This document shows, one piece after another, positions 54,965-63,250 of a DNA stretch of 64,000 nt. This DNA comes from Reyranella sp. (GTDB lineage Bacteria; Pseudomonadota; Alphaproteobacteria; Reyranellales; Reyranellaceae). The notes beneath the pieces are model-generated. The model was not told the DNA's origin. It did not search any database and saw only the letters and a program-made list of their open reading frames with translations. A program made the position numbers and the translations under genes. Numbering within the stretch: the stretch's first letter is position 1; every line of letters begins with the position of its first letter. Location of the stretch: the NCBI RefSeq assembly GCF_004296935.1, contig NZ_SCVH01000097.1, positions 6,093-70,092 of the forward strand, in the 5' to 3' direction.

Positions 54965-55893
54965 GTGAGCGAATCGGCGAAGGCGAGAACGGTGCGTGCC
55001 AGCGCTTCGCGGTCGGCGAGCGTCGTCATCAGGGTGGGGGCGACGTGCAATTTGGCGCCGATGTCTCCTGAATCGGCGGCATCGACGACATAGCCGTCGA
55101 GCAAACCGTCGTAGCGCCCGGCCGCGGCGGCGGAACTCACGGGCAGGCCGAGTTCCTGCATCATCTTCGCCGTCGGTCCCTTGACCGCGCGGCCGCCGAC
55201 GATCGGCGACACCGCCACGACAGGGGCGCCGCAATTCTCGATCGCCGCGCGCATCCCGGGCACGGCCAGGATCGGCTCGATGCTGATGAAGGGGTTGGAC
55301 GGGCAGATCATCACCGCCCGCACCTTGCCGCTGCCCAGGGCTGCCATGACGTCGGGCTGGAGCCGGGCGTCGGCCGCGCCGGTGAAGGCGAGTTCCTGCA
55401 CGACAGGGCGGCACTGCTGGCGCACGAAATAGTCCTGGAAGTCGATCCAGCCGCTGTCGCTGCGCACACGCGTGCGCACGCGATCGTCGCTCATCGGCAG
55501 CACGCGCGGGCCGACGCCGAGCCGCCGGCACACGTCGGCAGTGATCTGCGACAGGGTCTGGCCGGCGCCGAGCCGCTTCGTCCGCTCGACATGCAGCGCG
55601 AGGTCGCGATCGCCGAGGCGGAACCAATCCTCGCCGCCCAGGGCGGTGATCGTCTCCATGAACGACCAGGTCTCGTCGCGACGGCCCCAACCGGTGACCG
55701 GATTGTCGAGGCCGGCCAGCACGTAGGTGAGCGTGTCGATGTCCGGGCAGATGCTGAGGCCGAGATGCTCGAAATCATCGCCGGTGTTGGCCACGACCAG
55801 CAACTCGTCCGCCGGCAGCACGCGGCTGAGGCCAAGCACCAGCTTGGCACCACCGACGCCGCCCGACAGGGCAACCACCAGGCTTTTGCTCAC
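54961..55893 (-). CDS. cofD: 2-phospho-L-lactate transferase (F420 biosynthesis)
   Basis: VVALSGGVGGAKLVLGL, NTGDDFEHLGL and WFRLGDRD motifs of CofD/FbiA. Confidence 0.9.
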   Translation of the reverse strand: MSKSLVVALSGGVGGAKLVLGLSRVLPADELLVVANTGDDFEHLGLSICPDIDTLTYVLAGLDNPVTGWGRRDETWSFMETITALGGEDWFRLGDRDLALHVERTKRLGAGQTLSQITADVCRRLGVGPRVLPMSDDRVRTRVRSDSGWIDFQDYFVRQQCRPVVQELAFTGAADARLQPDVMAALGSGKVRAVMICPSNPFISIEPILAVPGMRAAIENCGAPVVAVSPIVGGRAVKGPTAKMMQELGLPVSSAAAAGRYDGLLDGYVVDAADSGDIGAKLHVAPTLMTTLADREALARTVLAFADSLT

Positions 55894-56663
55894 CGAAACA
55901 TGTCCTCGGCGGCCGGCCGCACGAGTTCGGAGGCGGGATTGGCGGGCGCGCTCCAGGTAAGGCCGCGCATCAGCACGACGGGCTGCGCTTCGTTGCCTTG
56001 CCCCATTACGAGGGACGCCGCGGCCGCGATCTCGTCGGCGAAGCCGGTGATGCTGACCTGCAGTTCACGGCCGAACAGATCGGGATTGCCGCGCAGGTCG
56101 AGGAGCGCCGGCAGGCCCGCCGCGCCGATCGCCACACCGGCCGTGCCGCGCCGCCACGCCCGGCCGAAGCTGTCGGTGATGACGACCGCAAGCGGCACGC
56201 CGCAAAGCGAGGTGAGGCGGGCGCGCAGTTTGGCGGCGCTGCCGTCGGGATCGACCGGCAGCAGCAGCGCGCGCTGCGGGCCGTCCGGCGAAGCGACATT
56301 GGATTGATCGACGCCGGCATTGGCCATGACGAAACCAAGCTTGTGCTCGACGATCAGGACATTGGGCCGGGACCGCACCACGCGGACCGACTCCGACAGG
56401 ATCAGCTCGACCAGGCGCGGATCCTTCTGCACTTCCTTGGCGAGCTCAACGGCCCGCGCCGATGGCTTCACCGTGGCGAGATCGACGCTGCGGCCTTCGG
56501 CCTTGGAGACGACTTTCTGGGCGATCACGATTACGTCGCCCTTGCGTGGCGCAAGGTTGCCGCGCGCGAATCCTTCGGCGATCAGGGCCGCCAGATCGTC
56601 ACCCGGCGCGATCAGGGGGATGCCGGGGACCGCCAGGATCTCCAAGGCGGTGGTGCGGCTCAT
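55890..56663 (-). CDS. cofE: coenzyme F420-0:L-glutamate ligase, single-domain form
   Basis: 257 aa. [26 protein letters not shown] and [11 protein letters not shown] motifs of CofE. No C-terminal nitroreductase-like domain. Confidence 0.9.
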   Translation of the reverse strand: MSRTTALEILAVPGIPLIAPGDDLAALIAEGFARGNLAPRKGDVIVIAQKVVSKAEGRSVDLATVKPSARAVELAKEVQKDPRLVELILSESVRVVRSRPNVLIVEHKLGFVMANAGVDQSNVASPDGPQRALLLPVDPDGSAAKLRARLTSLCGVPLAVVITDSFGRAWRRGTAGVAIGAAGLPALLDLRGNPDLFGRELQVSITGFADEIAAAASLVMGQGNEAQPVVLMRGLTWSAPANPASELVRPAAEDMFR

Positions 56664-57664
56664 CCGAACTTCTTGCGTAGACGCGGCAGCACCTGCTCGC
56701 CGTAGAGCTTCAGGAACCGCTCCTGATCGGGGCCCGGCGCGTGGAAAACGAGATGACGGAAGCCGAGAGTGACGTAGGCGCCGATCTTTTCGACATGCTC
56801 GTCGGGGTCGCTCGACACGATCCAGCGCGACGCCGTGCGCTCGAGCGGCAGCGCGTCGGCCAGACGCTGCATCTCGACGGGATCCTCGACCGACATCTTC
56901 TCGTCGCCCGTCAGTGCCAGCGCCGCCCAGTGCCGTGTATCCTGCAGCGCGCGCTCGGCGTCGGTGTCGAAGGAGACCTTGACCTCGATCATGTGGTCAT
57001 ACGGCTGTACGCGCGGTTCGGCAGCGGCGAGACCCTCGGCGACCTTGGGCAACAATGTTTCGGTATAGAGTTCGCGCTTCTTGCCGCTGGTGCAGATGAA
57101 GCCGTCGCCGGAGCGACCGGCGTAGCGCGCTACCAGCGCGCCGGCCGCCGCCACGTAGATCGGCACCTCGACCTCGGGCCGGTCGTAGATGGTGGCCTTT
57201 TCGGTCTTGTAGTATTCGCCCTCGAAGCTGATGCGTTCCCCGCGCCACAGCGTGCGGATCAGGGTCACCGCCTCGCGCATCCGGGCGAAGCGTTCCTTGA
57301 ACTCGGGCCAGGGCTGGCCGGTCGACGGCACTTCGTTCAGCGATTCGCCGGTGCCGATGCCCAGGACGACCCGTCCCGGGAACATCGCGCCCAGCGTGCC
57401 GAAGGCCTGTGCCACGATAGAAGGATGGTAACGGAAGGTGGGCGTGAGCACGCTGGTGCCGATCACGATCCGCGAGGTCCGGGCACCCAGCGCACCGAGC
57501 CAGGCGAGCGAGTAGGGCGCGTGGCCATCGACGTGCTTCCACGGCTGGAAGTGATCGCTGACGAACACCGATTCGAAACCCACGTTTTCCGCCAGGCAGG
57601 CGAAATCGAGCAGTTTTGCCGGCGCGAATTGTTCCGCCGATGCCTTGTATCCGAGCTTTATCAT
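56660..57664 (-). CDS. fgd: F420-dependent glucose-6-phosphate dehydrogenase
   Basis: [13 protein letters not shown]...[20 protein letters not shown]...[20 protein letters not shown]...[11 protein letters not shown] closely follows the mycobacterial Fgd1 sequence as I remember it. Confidence 0.88.
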   Translation of the reverse strand: MIKLGYKASAEQFAPAKLLDFACLAENVGFESVFVSDHFQPWKHVDGHAPYSLAWLGALGARTSRIVIGTSVLTPTFRYHPSIVAQAFGTLGAMFPGRVVLGIGTGESLNEVPSTGQPWPEFKERFARMREAVTLIRTLWRGERISFEGEYYKTEKATIYDRPEVEVPIYVAAAGALVARYAGRSGDGFICTSGKKRELYTETLLPKVAEGLAAAEPRVQPYDHMIEVKVSFDTDAERALQDTRHWAALALTGDEKMSVEDPVEMQRLADALPLERTASRWIVSSDPDEHVEKIGAYVTLGFRHLVFHAPGPDQERFLKLYGEQVLPRLRKKFG

Positions 57665-57772
57665 GGCGCCAGACTACCCGATCCGGCGCTTCAAGCCAGC
57701 CGCGCCGTTCCGCTGGCCAGTCCGGTAACCTTGGCCTAGCGTGTCGGCAACAAGAGTCTTGAGGAGGAAATA

Positions 57773-58669
57773 ATGCAGCTCGGTGCATCTTTACCGGTCG
57801 GCGACATCGGGACCGGTCCGGCGGTCCTGCGCGACTATGCGCAGGCGGCGGAGGGCCTGGGCTACGATTATCTCGTGGCGCCCGACCACGTGCTGGGCGG
57901 CAATCCCAACGTCGACCATGGCGGCCGCCGCGTCGGCACCACCGCCACGGCCTATCATGATCCCTTCGTGCTGTTCGCCTTCCTGGCCGGCGTCACCCCC
58001 AAGATCGGCTTTGCCGCTGGGGTGTTGATCCTGGCCCAGCGCCAGGCGGCGCTGGTGGCCAAGCAGGCGGCCTGCCTGGACGAACTTTGCGAAGGGCGGT
58101 TCCGTCTCGGCGTCGGTGTCGGCTGGAACGAGATCGAGTTCCAGGGATTGGGCGAGGATTTCAAGACGCGCGGCAAGCGCTCCGAGGAACAGGTGCGCTT
58201 CATGCAGGCGCTGTGGAAGGAGCCGCACGTCAAGTTCAAGGGCGAATTCCACCAGCTCGACGACGGCGGCATCAATCCGCGCCCGAAGTCTGGTCGTGTG
58301 CCGATCTGGTTCGGTGGCCATGCCGAGGCGACGTTCCGGCGCGCGGCCAAATACGGCGACGGCTTCATGCCGCTCGCCTATCCAGCGGGGGACGAGGCGC
58401 TGAAAGCCTTCGACAAGCTGCGCACTCTGATCAAAGCGGCAGGGCGCGACCCCAAGTCGGTCGGGCTCGAAGTCTGGGTGTCGCCCGGCATTGGAAACGA
58501 GGACGATTGGCGAAAGGAATTCAGCTTCTGGAAGAAAGCGGGCGTCACGCACGTCAATGCGCACACGACCTACGTCAGCGCGCATCACAAGCGCATCGCG
58601 GGCAAGAGCTACGATGACCACCTGACGGCGATCACACGCTATCGTGCTGCCGTCGCGGACCTGCTGTGA
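57773..58669 (+). CDS. LLM-class oxidoreductase, probably F420-dependent
   Basis: LGYDYLVAPDH, GRFRLGVGVGWNEIEFQGLG and RVPIWFGGHAE segments. Same subfamily look as 50604..51557 and 58666..59547. Confidence 0.75.
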   Translation: MQLGASLPVGDIGTGPAVLRDYAQAAEGLGYDYLVAPDHVLGGNPNVDHGGRRVGTTATAYHDPFVLFAFLAGVTPKIGFAAGVLILAQRQAALVAKQAACLDELCEGRFRLGVGVGWNEIEFQGLGEDFKTRGKRSEEQVRFMQALWKEPHVKFKGEFHQLDDGGINPRPKSGRVPIWFGGHAEATFRRAAKYGDGFMPLAYPAGDEALKAFDKLRTLIKAAGRDPKSVGLEVWVSPGIGNEDDWRKEFSFWKKAGVTHVNAHTTYVSAHHKRIAGKSYDDHLTAITRYRAAVADLL

Positions 58670-59547
58670 TGAAATTCGCCCTGCATTTCGGCAACAACAC
58701 TTGTCCGGACCTGGCCGCGGCGCACCGGCTGGTGCGCCTGGCAGAAGCCGCCGGTTTCGATTCGGTCTTCGCCGTGGATCATGTCGTCCTGCCCGACACC
58801 TACAGCTCGACCTACCCCTATGCGGCCAGCGGCCGCCTGCCGGGCGATCGCACGGCATCGATTCCCGATCCATTGATCTGGATGGCATCGGTCGCGGCCG
58901 TCACGACCCGGCTGCGCTTCATGACCGGCGTGCTCATCCTGCCGCAGCGCAATCCGCTGGTCCTGGCCAAGCAGGTCGCGACGCTCGACCATTTGAGCGG
59001 CGGGCGCATCGAACTCGGCATCGGCGTCGGCTGGCTGAAGGAGGAATTCGAGGCGCTCGGCGTGCCGTTCGAGAAGCGCGGCAAGCGGGCCGACGAATAT
59101 ATCGCGGCGATGCGGGCACTGTGGGCGGCCGATGGCGCGAGCTACGCCGGCGAGTTCGTGAAGTTCCATGAGGTGAGTTGCAACCCCAAGCCGGTGGCGG
59201 GCAGCGTGCCGATCATCGTCGGCGGCCATTCCGAGGCCGCCGCCCGGCGGGCCGGCCGTCTCGGCAACGGCTTCTTCCCATCGATCGGCCGGCCAGTCGA
59301 CACCATGCCTCTGATCGATGTCGCCCGTCGCGCTGCGGAGGCAGCGGGCCGCGATCCCGCGGCGATCGAGATGCTTGCCGGCTGTCCCGATCTCCTGCCC
59401 GGCTCGGGCAAGGATGCGGAGGCGGCCATCAAGGAACGGGTGGCGCAGGGCATCGGCCGCATCGTGCTGCCTTCCACCCCTTTCATGCACGATCTCGAGG
59501 AGAGCCTCGCGCGCTTCGGTGAAAAGGTCATCCGCCCCTTCAGCTAG
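58666..59547 (+). CDS. LLM-class oxidoreductase, probably F420-dependent
   Basis: GFDSVFAVDH, LSGGRIELGIGVGWLKEEFEALG and SVPIIVGGHSE segments. Start is GTG 58666 or ATG 58669, overlapping the upstream stop. Confidence 0.75.
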   Translation: MMKFALHFGNNTCPDLAAAHRLVRLAEAAGFDSVFAVDHVVLPDTYSSTYPYAASGRLPGDRTASIPDPLIWMASVAAVTTRLRFMTGVLILPQRNPLVLAKQVATLDHLSGGRIELGIGVGWLKEEFEALGVPFEKRGKRADEYIAAMRALWAADGASYAGEFVKFHEVSCNPKPVAGSVPIIVGGHSEAAARRAGRLGNGFFPSIGRPVDTMPLIDVARRAAEAAGRDPAAIEMLAGCPDLLPGSGKDAEAAIKERVAQGIGRIVLPSTPFMHDLEESLARFGEKVIRPFS

Positions 59548-60611
59548 GCAAAGGCCTTTCGGATGTGGGCCCAGTCGGCGAGAGCCGCTTCCTGGCCCGG
59601 CACGAGCTGGATCGTGAATTGGGTGTAGCCGGCGCCGCGCAGTGCCTCGATGCGTTGCTTGATCTCGCCTTCGGTCGCGGTGAACGAGGTGGCACGGATC
59701 AGGTCAGCGGTGACGAACTTCTTTTCCGCGGGCTTCACGAACATCAGATGTCCGCGATGGTTTTCCAGATAGGGAGCATCCTTGGGCTCATAGGTCCGCG
59801 CCAGAGCGACATAGCCCTCCAGTTCCGGCCGCTGCGCGAGCAGGGCCTGGGTCGGCTTCATGTTCAGGAGCGCCTCGTCGGCGGCACGATGCAGCATCAC
59901 CGCCGCGCGCGGTCCTGCCTGCGCCATGGCGCGCTCGGAGTCGGCCGGTTCGCCATCCTGCAGCACGCAGCCCAGTGCAAAGGCCGTGGCCTGCAAGTCA
60001 CCCATCGCGTGTCCGGCCTTGCCCCAGTCCTCGCGCATCGCCACGACCTCGCGAACACCGGCCTCGACGTTGCCGACAAAGTCGATCCAGCCGGCCTTCA
60101 GCCGCGCCGTGAGGGCTCGCGTGCGTGGTCCGAAAGCCGAGAGGTGTAGTGCGATCGGGTCGCCCGTGTTGAACAAGTCGAGTTCGGGATTGAGGAAGCG
60201 GATCTTGCGGCTCTGGCCTTCCATCTCGAAGTCGACGGTCTTGCCTGCCAGCAGACCATAGACCTGATGGATATAGGCCTCCATGTCCTTGATCTTGATG
60301 GCGCCGAAGCCCATGGCGCGCCGCGCGGTGAAGCCGGTGCCGACGCCGAAATCGATGCGGCCCGGCGCCAGGCTGTTGAGCGTCGCCAGCGCATTGGCGG
60401 CAACCGGCGCGATGCGGTTGGAGGGCACCAGCACCCCCGTGCCGAGACGGATGCGCTTCGTGTTGACGGCGGCGGCGCCCATGGCGACGAAGCAGTCGGC
60501 GCTCAGCATCTGGGTGTCGTAGAACCAGGCGTGGGTGAAACCAAGTTCCTCGGCGCGTTTCGCCTGCTTCCAGGAATCCGCCGCGGTGGGGAGCGCGATG
60601 CCGAAATCCAT
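59544..60611 (-). CDS. LLM-class flavin/F420-dependent oxidoreductase
   Basis: MDFGIALPT, LGFTHAWFYDTQ and APGRIDFGVGTGF segments. Stop shares CTAG with the convergent gene. Confidence 0.72.
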   Translation of the reverse strand: MDFGIALPTAADSWKQAKRAEELGFTHAWFYDTQMLSADCFVAMGAAAVNTKRIRLGTGVLVPSNRIAPVAANALATLNSLAPGRIDFGVGTGFTARRAMGFGAIKIKDMEAYIHQVYGLLAGKTVDFEMEGQSRKIRFLNPELDLFNTGDPIALHLSAFGPRTRALTARLKAGWIDFVGNVEAGVREVVAMREDWGKAGHAMGDLQATAFALGCVLQDGEPADSERAMAQAGPRAAVMLHRAADEALLNMKPTQALLAQRPELEGYVALARTYEPKDAPYLENHRGHLMFVKPAEKKFVTADLIRATSFTATEGEIKQRIEALRGAGYTQFTIQLVPGQEAALADWAHIRKAFA

Positions 60612-60622
60612 CGTCTTCTCCC

Positions 60623-61483
60623 TCAGGTGTCAGCGAGGGCTGCGAGCATGCGGTCGCGCGCGGCGAAATCCCCGTCGTCGTGAACCGGCTGCAGGCAGAC
60701 GTGGGTGGCGCCGGCCTCGAAATGCGCCCGGAGGCCCTTCTTGATCGTGGCTGCGTCGCCCCACAGGACCATCGAGTCGATGAAGCGGTCGCTGCCGCCA
60801 TCAGCGAGTTCGGCCTCGCTGAAACCCTCGCGCAGCCAGTTGTTGCGGTAGTTCGGGAGCACCATGTAGCGCGCCAGTTCCTTGCGGCCGAGCGCGCGGG
60901 CGCGGACGGGATCGGTCTCCAGCGTGACCTTCTGCTCGACGGCGAGCATCTTCTTCGGGCCCAGGATGGCGGCGGCCTTCGCCGTGTGCTTGGGCGTCAC
61001 GTTGTAGGGCACGGCGCCCAGTGACTTCTCGGCGCTGAGCGCCAGCATCTTGGGCCCCAGCGCCGCCACCATCACCGGCGCTTCCTCGCCGGCGGGCAGG
61101 CCCTTGTGGATGCCCTCGAGATAGGCGCGCATGGCGCCGAGCGGCTTGTCGTAGCGATGGCCGCGCAATCCCTCGACCATCGGGATGTGGCTGACGCCGA
61201 GGCCCAAGATGAAACGGCCGCCGTACAGGTTGTTCAGCGACACCATGGCCCGCTGCGCCGTGAAGGGATCGCGGGCGTAGATGTTGGCAATCGAGCTGCC
61301 GATGGTGAGGCGCGTACTCTTCGACAGGAGATAGGCCGCCAGCGACATCGATTCGTAGCCGCGCGATTCGGGATACCAGAACGCCGAATAGCCACCGCTT
61401 TCGATGACACGCATCAGGTCGGTAAGCTGGCCCCCGTTTAGCTTGTCCGTCGAATACCAGACTCCCAGGCGTCCCAACTTCAT
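60623..61483 (-). CDS. LLM-class oxidoreductase, probably F420-dependent
   Basis: LGRLGVWYSTDKL, GYSAFWYPES and GGRFILGLGVSH segments. Confidence 0.72.
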   Translation of the reverse strand: MKLGRLGVWYSTDKLNGGQLTDLMRVIESGGYSAFWYPESRGYESMSLAAYLLSKSTRLTIGSSIANIYARDPFTAQRAMVSLNNLYGGRFILGLGVSHIPMVEGLRGHRYDKPLGAMRAYLEGIHKGLPAGEEAPVMVAALGPKMLALSAEKSLGAVPYNVTPKHTAKAAAILGPKKMLAVEQKVTLETDPVRARALGRKELARYMVLPNYRNNWLREGFSEAELADGGSDRFIDSMVLWGDAATIKKGLRAHFEAGATHVCLQPVHDDGDFAARDRMLAALADT

Positions 61484-62550
61484 GGCTTGGCTCCGTCGGA
61501 TTGAATGTCTTTGGCGAGGCTGCGCAGAATTTCCCGGTCGGCATCATTTCTGACGGGAATCGAGAACTCGCAATGGGTGACGACACGGCCGAACCGGTCC
61601 AGCAGCTTGCGCGCGATCGTGTCGTAGGTGCCGATGGTGACGAATGTCTCGAGGATGTCGTCGTTGATGTGCTGCGGCAGCTCTTCCCAGCGCTGGGCAC
61701 GCGACAGGAGTTTCAGCCGGTCGGCAAGATCGCCGAGGCCGAGATGGTCGAAGGCGGCACGGTACTGCGGTGTCGAGGCGTAGAAGGCGATGCGTGCCCG
61801 CACGTCGCGAATCTTGGGGGCGAGCTCCGCTTCGTTCGCGGCCGTGGCGACCAGCGGCTTCATGCTGATCTGGAAGCCTTTTAGCGAGCGGCCGGTCTTG
61901 GCGGCGCCAGCGCGGACAGCCGGCATCATCACCTTCTCGATGTAGGATGGCGTGCAGACCGGGTGCGGGCGGATGCCGTTGGCCACTTCACCCGAGACCT
62001 GGCACATCACGGCGTTGACGGCCGCGATCTGTATCGGAATCTGCGGATGCTCGATCGGGCCGGGATTGAACAGCGGCACCATGAGATTGATGTTGTAGTG
62101 CTCGCCCTTGACGTCGAGCGGCGTGCCGTTCTGCCAGTTGTCCCACACCGCCCGCACGGCATGGACATACTCACGCATCCACGGTCCGGCCGGCGTCCAG
62201 GGCATGCCATAGCGGCGCTCGATGTGGGCTTTCACCTGCGTGCCGAGGCCGAGCGTGAAGCGGCCGTGCGACAGTTTCTGGACCGTCCAGGCGCTGAGCG
62301 CCGTCACAGTGGGACTGCGCGGAAAGGCGATGGCGACCGAGGTGCCGAGCTTCAGCTTGCGCGTCGCCTGGGCCGCCAGCGCCATGACGATGAACGGGTC
62401 GTCCTTGGTCTCCTCGACGACCAGCCCGTCGTAGCCAATGTCTTCCAGCAGGCGCGCATTCTCGCCGATGCTGTGCAGGTCGAAGGGCACTTCCGGTGCG
62501 CGAAGACCGGGATCGACCTTGCCGAGAGGCAGAAGAGTTTCTAACAGCAC
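61480..62550 (-). CDS. LLM-class oxidoreductase, probably F420-dependent
   Basis: GYDGLVVEETKDDPF and GRFTLGLGTQVKAHIERRYG segments. Its stop (61480-61482) overlaps the downstream start in a 4-nt ATGA. Confidence 0.72.
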   Translation of the reverse strand: MLLETLLPLGKVDPGLRAPEVPFDLHSIGENARLLEDIGYDGLVVEETKDDPFIVMALAAQATRKLKLGTSVAIAFPRSPTVTALSAWTVQKLSHGRFTLGLGTQVKAHIERRYGMPWTPAGPWMREYVHAVRAVWDNWQNGTPLDVKGEHYNINLMVPLFNPGPIEHPQIPIQIAAVNAVMCQVSGEVANGIRPHPVCTPSYIEKVMMPAVRAGAAKTGRSLKGFQISMKPLVATAANEAELAPKIRDVRARIAFYASTPQYRAAFDHLGLGDLADRLKLLSRAQRWEELPQHINDDILETFVTIGTYDTIARKLLDRFGRVVTHCEFSIPVRNDADREILRSLAKDIQSDGAKP

Positions 62551-62657
62551 GTGTCTGCTCGATGATGGATGGGTTTTCTCGCGGGCCGGCAGCCTAGCAC
62601 CGGAAGGTGTGCGGGCAAGCTGCCTCGTCCCGCGGTGCGAGCCGGAAAGGAAAGACG

Positions 62658-63206
62658 ATGATTGTTGTCGTCATGGGCGTCTCAGGGTCGGGCAAGACGA
62701 CGGTTTCGGCCCTGCTCGCCGCCAGGCTGGGCTGGCAGTACCGTGAGGGTGACGACCTGCATCCCAGCGCCAACGTCGAGAAGATGCGCAGCGGCACGCC
62801 GCTCACCGACTCCGATCGACTGCCTTGGCTGCAGAAAATCGCGCAGGAAATCGACGGCTGGCGGACGCAGGGCGAGGATGGCGTACTCGCCTGCTCGGCG
62901 CTGAAACGAGCTTATCGCGACATCATCATCGGCGACCGGCCCGACATGGCACTGGCCTATCTCAAGGGATCGCAGGATCTCATCGCCCGGCGCATGGCCG
63001 CCCGCCACGAGCACTTCATGCCGGCAGCGCTTTTGGCCAGCCAGTTCGCGACGCTGCAGGAACCGACGCCCGATGAACGACCGATCGTCGTCGATGTCGA
63101 TGGCGGACCCGGCGAAATTGTCGGCAGGATTGCGCGCGAACTTGAATTTCGCTGCCGCGAAAGCGATACGGCTTCGAGGTTGCGGCCCGACCCCCAAAAC
63201 CCGTAG
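62658..63206 (+). CDS. gntK: gluconokinase
   Basis: MIVVVMGVSGSGKTTV P-loop, then EGDDLHP..N..KM..G.PL.D.DR.PWL, the GntK/IdnK signature. ATG 62658 is preceded by GGAAAGGAAAG. Confidence 0.88.
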   Translation: MIVVVMGVSGSGKTTVSALLAARLGWQYREGDDLHPSANVEKMRSGTPLTDSDRLPWLQKIAQEIDGWRTQGEDGVLACSALKRAYRDIIIGDRPDMALAYLKGSQDLIARRMAARHEHFMPAALLASQFATLQEPTPDERPIVVDVDGGPGEIVGRIARELEFRCRESDTASRLRPDPQNP

Positions 63207-63250
63207 CCTCCGGCAAACGGCGACAGAGATCGCCTTTTCCGGAGGAAACC

